From a virus (taxonomy: Duplodnaviria > Caudoviricetes): a DNA stretch of 35,671 bases. The stretch is from positions 1 through 35,671 of IMG/VR virus record IMGVR_UViG_3300028578_000006. One strand, 5' to 3'. The notes beneath the pieces were generated by a model. The model searched no databases, was not told where the DNA came from, and was given only the letters and a program-made list of their open reading frames with translations. Below are positions 34,271 to 35,671 of the stretch, in pieces. How positions within the stretch are numbered: position 1 is the first letter of the stretch; each line of letters starts with the position of its first letter. Made by a program: the position numbers and the translations under genes.

Positions 34271-35368
34271 ATGACCGAAAACCTACAGCCCACCGAGACC
34301 GCCGACCAGCCCGACCACTTCGCCGAGATCGCCGCCGCGCTGTACCGCATCGCCGACAGCATCGTGACCCTGGCCGGCTCTGACCTGCCGAAGGCCAGGT
34401 TCAACCTGACCATCCAGCCGGGCGTATTCAAAGGCAGCGACGACCTGAACGCGGGCGCCGTCGACGCCGTGACGTCCGCACTGTTCGGTCATCCCGGACG
34501 GCCGGATCTGATGGGCGACGGTTCCTACCTCTACACCAACTCCGAGACCGGAGTTGAGCGGGTCGGCCCGGTCGACGTCCGCGTCCTGACCGGCGTGTCG
34601 ACCGAATGGGTTCGGAAGCGCGAGGCCGGCGACAAGCTGGCCGAGCGTGAGGCCGAACTGGAGAAGCTCCGCGCCGAGGTCGCCGAGCTGCGCGGCCAGG
34701 TCGCCGCTGACGCGTCCGGCCTGCTGCACTCCCGTGAGCCGGAGTCCACCGTGGTCACCCCGGTCCCGGCCGGTGTCGACGGCCACCCCGAGGGCCGCGC
34801 GGCGGGGATCGTGCCCGAGCCGATCGCCAAGCACTACGAGACCGGCGGCTGGACCGGCGGGCCCGGCGGCTGCGGCGTGGACTGCGCGTGCGGCGTCGGC
34901 TTCGGCGGCTTCGACACCCTCGCCGAGGCGGTCGCGGAGCTGAAGGTCCACATCGCGGCCGGGAACGGCGAGGCGCCAGCAGCCGAGCCCATCACGCGGT
35001 ACTTCAGCTTCGGCCACGGCCAGACCGACCCGGTGTCCGGCGTGAGCCTGCTCAACCACTACGTGACCGTGGTGGCGACGACGGCCGAGGACTGCCGGGA
35101 GGCGATGTTTGCGAGCCGGTTCGGCAACCGGTGGGCGTTCGAGTACATCCCCGGCACGCCGCAGGCCGACGAGTGGATCCCGCAGTGGACGGAGCACGAG
35201 CGGATCGACGCGACGAGCCTACGGGCCGGTGAGCACGGCCGGGTCACGAACCCGGACCTCGCGCGGTTCCTCGCGGGCAAGGAGTACAAGCGCCGCGAGG
35301 CGGCTCACTTCCTCGGCCTGGAGGAGTCGGCCAAGCACTACCCGGCCGAGAGCGAGACGGAGCGCTGA
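34271..35368 (+). CDS. Multi-domain hypothetical early protein
   Basis: GAAAGG RBS; coiled coil, CGVDCACG motif, YFSFGHGQ...WAFEY domain. Confidence 0.75.
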   Translation: MTENLQPTETADQPDHFAEIAAALYRIADSIVTLAGSDLPKARFNLTIQPGVFKGSDDLNAGAVDAVTSALFGHPGRPDLMGDGSYLYTNSETGVERVGPVDVRVLTGVSTEWVRKREAGDKLAEREAELEKLRAEVAELRGQVAADASGLLHSREPESTVVTPVPAGVDGHPEGRAAGIVPEPIAKHYETGGWTGGPGGCGVDCACGVGFGGFDTLAEAVAELKVHIAAGNGEAPAAEPITRYFSFGHGQTDPVSGVSLLNHYVTVVATTAEDCREAMFASRFGNRWAFEYIPGTPQADEWIPQWTEHERIDATSLRAGEHGRVTNPDLARFLAGKEYKRREAAHFLGLEESAKHYPAESETER

Positions 35369-35671
35369 TGGACGCCGACGACTTCGACGCGGCGCTCTAC
35401 CGCCTGGACGAGATGCTGTTCGGCGGTGAGCCGCCAGAGCCGGACTGGTCCGCACGCTGCGACTCCCTTGCGCCGGGCGCGTTCTGCCCCACCTGCCACC
35501 CGTCGCCGCGTGAGCGCCGCCGGCTGCGGCACCGGGAGTGGCAGCGCCGGGACCGGGAAGCCGCCGCCGCGCTTCGACGAGCTGTCGCCGACGTACTGAG
35601 CCCGGGGCTCGGCGTCGACCTCCCTGGTCGCCGATCCCCGCACCGCCCGGCTGGTCCCCTGGCCGGGCAAC
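35368..35671 (+). CDS. Partial hypothetical protein (5' end)
   Basis: TGATG coupling; MDADDFDAALYRLDEML...CPTCH; open to the window end. Confidence 0.6.
   Translation, partial: MDADDFDAALYRLDEMLFGGEPPEPDWSARCDSLAPGAFCPTCHPSPRERRRLRHREWQRRDREAAAALRRAVADVLSPGLGVDLPGRRSPHRPAGPLAGQ

Larger units (their letters stand above)
1..35671. mobile_element. Temperate actinobacteriophage genome segment (HK97-like siphovirus), excised/circular form spanning attP
   Basis: Terminase-portal-protease-capsid-tail-lysis-attP-integrase-repressor-cro-antirepressor synteny; no host housekeeping genes; att core flanked by phage genes on both sides. Confidence 0.95.

Overview
High-GC temperate actinobacteriophage of siphovirus/HK97 type. 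A Micromonosporaceae-like host is inferred from gene-family style only. The window reads through an intact attP: a 47-bp core equal to the 3' half of tRNA-Val(GAC) at 30834-30880, with phage genes on both sides, so this is the excised or circular form. Gene order: end of the early region; two HNH genes; terminase small and large subunits; portal; prohead protease; major capsid; a glycosyltransferase/NDP-sugar epimerase/glycosyltransferase cassette inside the head module; connector, repeat-fibre and tail genes (frameshifted chaperone, tape measure with a peptidase-like motif); a secreted Pro/Thr-tailed protein; a lysis cassette with several membrane genes; accessory region; attP; tyrosine integrase; repressor/Cro switch; excisionase; BRO antirepressor. 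Most notable candidates: (1) a virion glycosylation module with its own sugar epimerase, next to Ser/Thr-repeat structural proteins; (2) an antisense, apparently leaderless mini-gene whose N-terminus resembles the tail-tube N-terminus, sitting in the slot normally held by gp10; (3) four divergent cassettes of a leaderless small regulator and unknown effector(s), three using AlpA-like paralogs; (4) two sequence-unrelated but architecturally matching pseudoknot-like leaders at RBSs; (5) a possible second -1 frameshift in a lysis membrane gene; (6) an abrupt synonymous AT-rich island at the capsid 3' end. All product calls come from motifs and synteny read by eye; no database searches were run.
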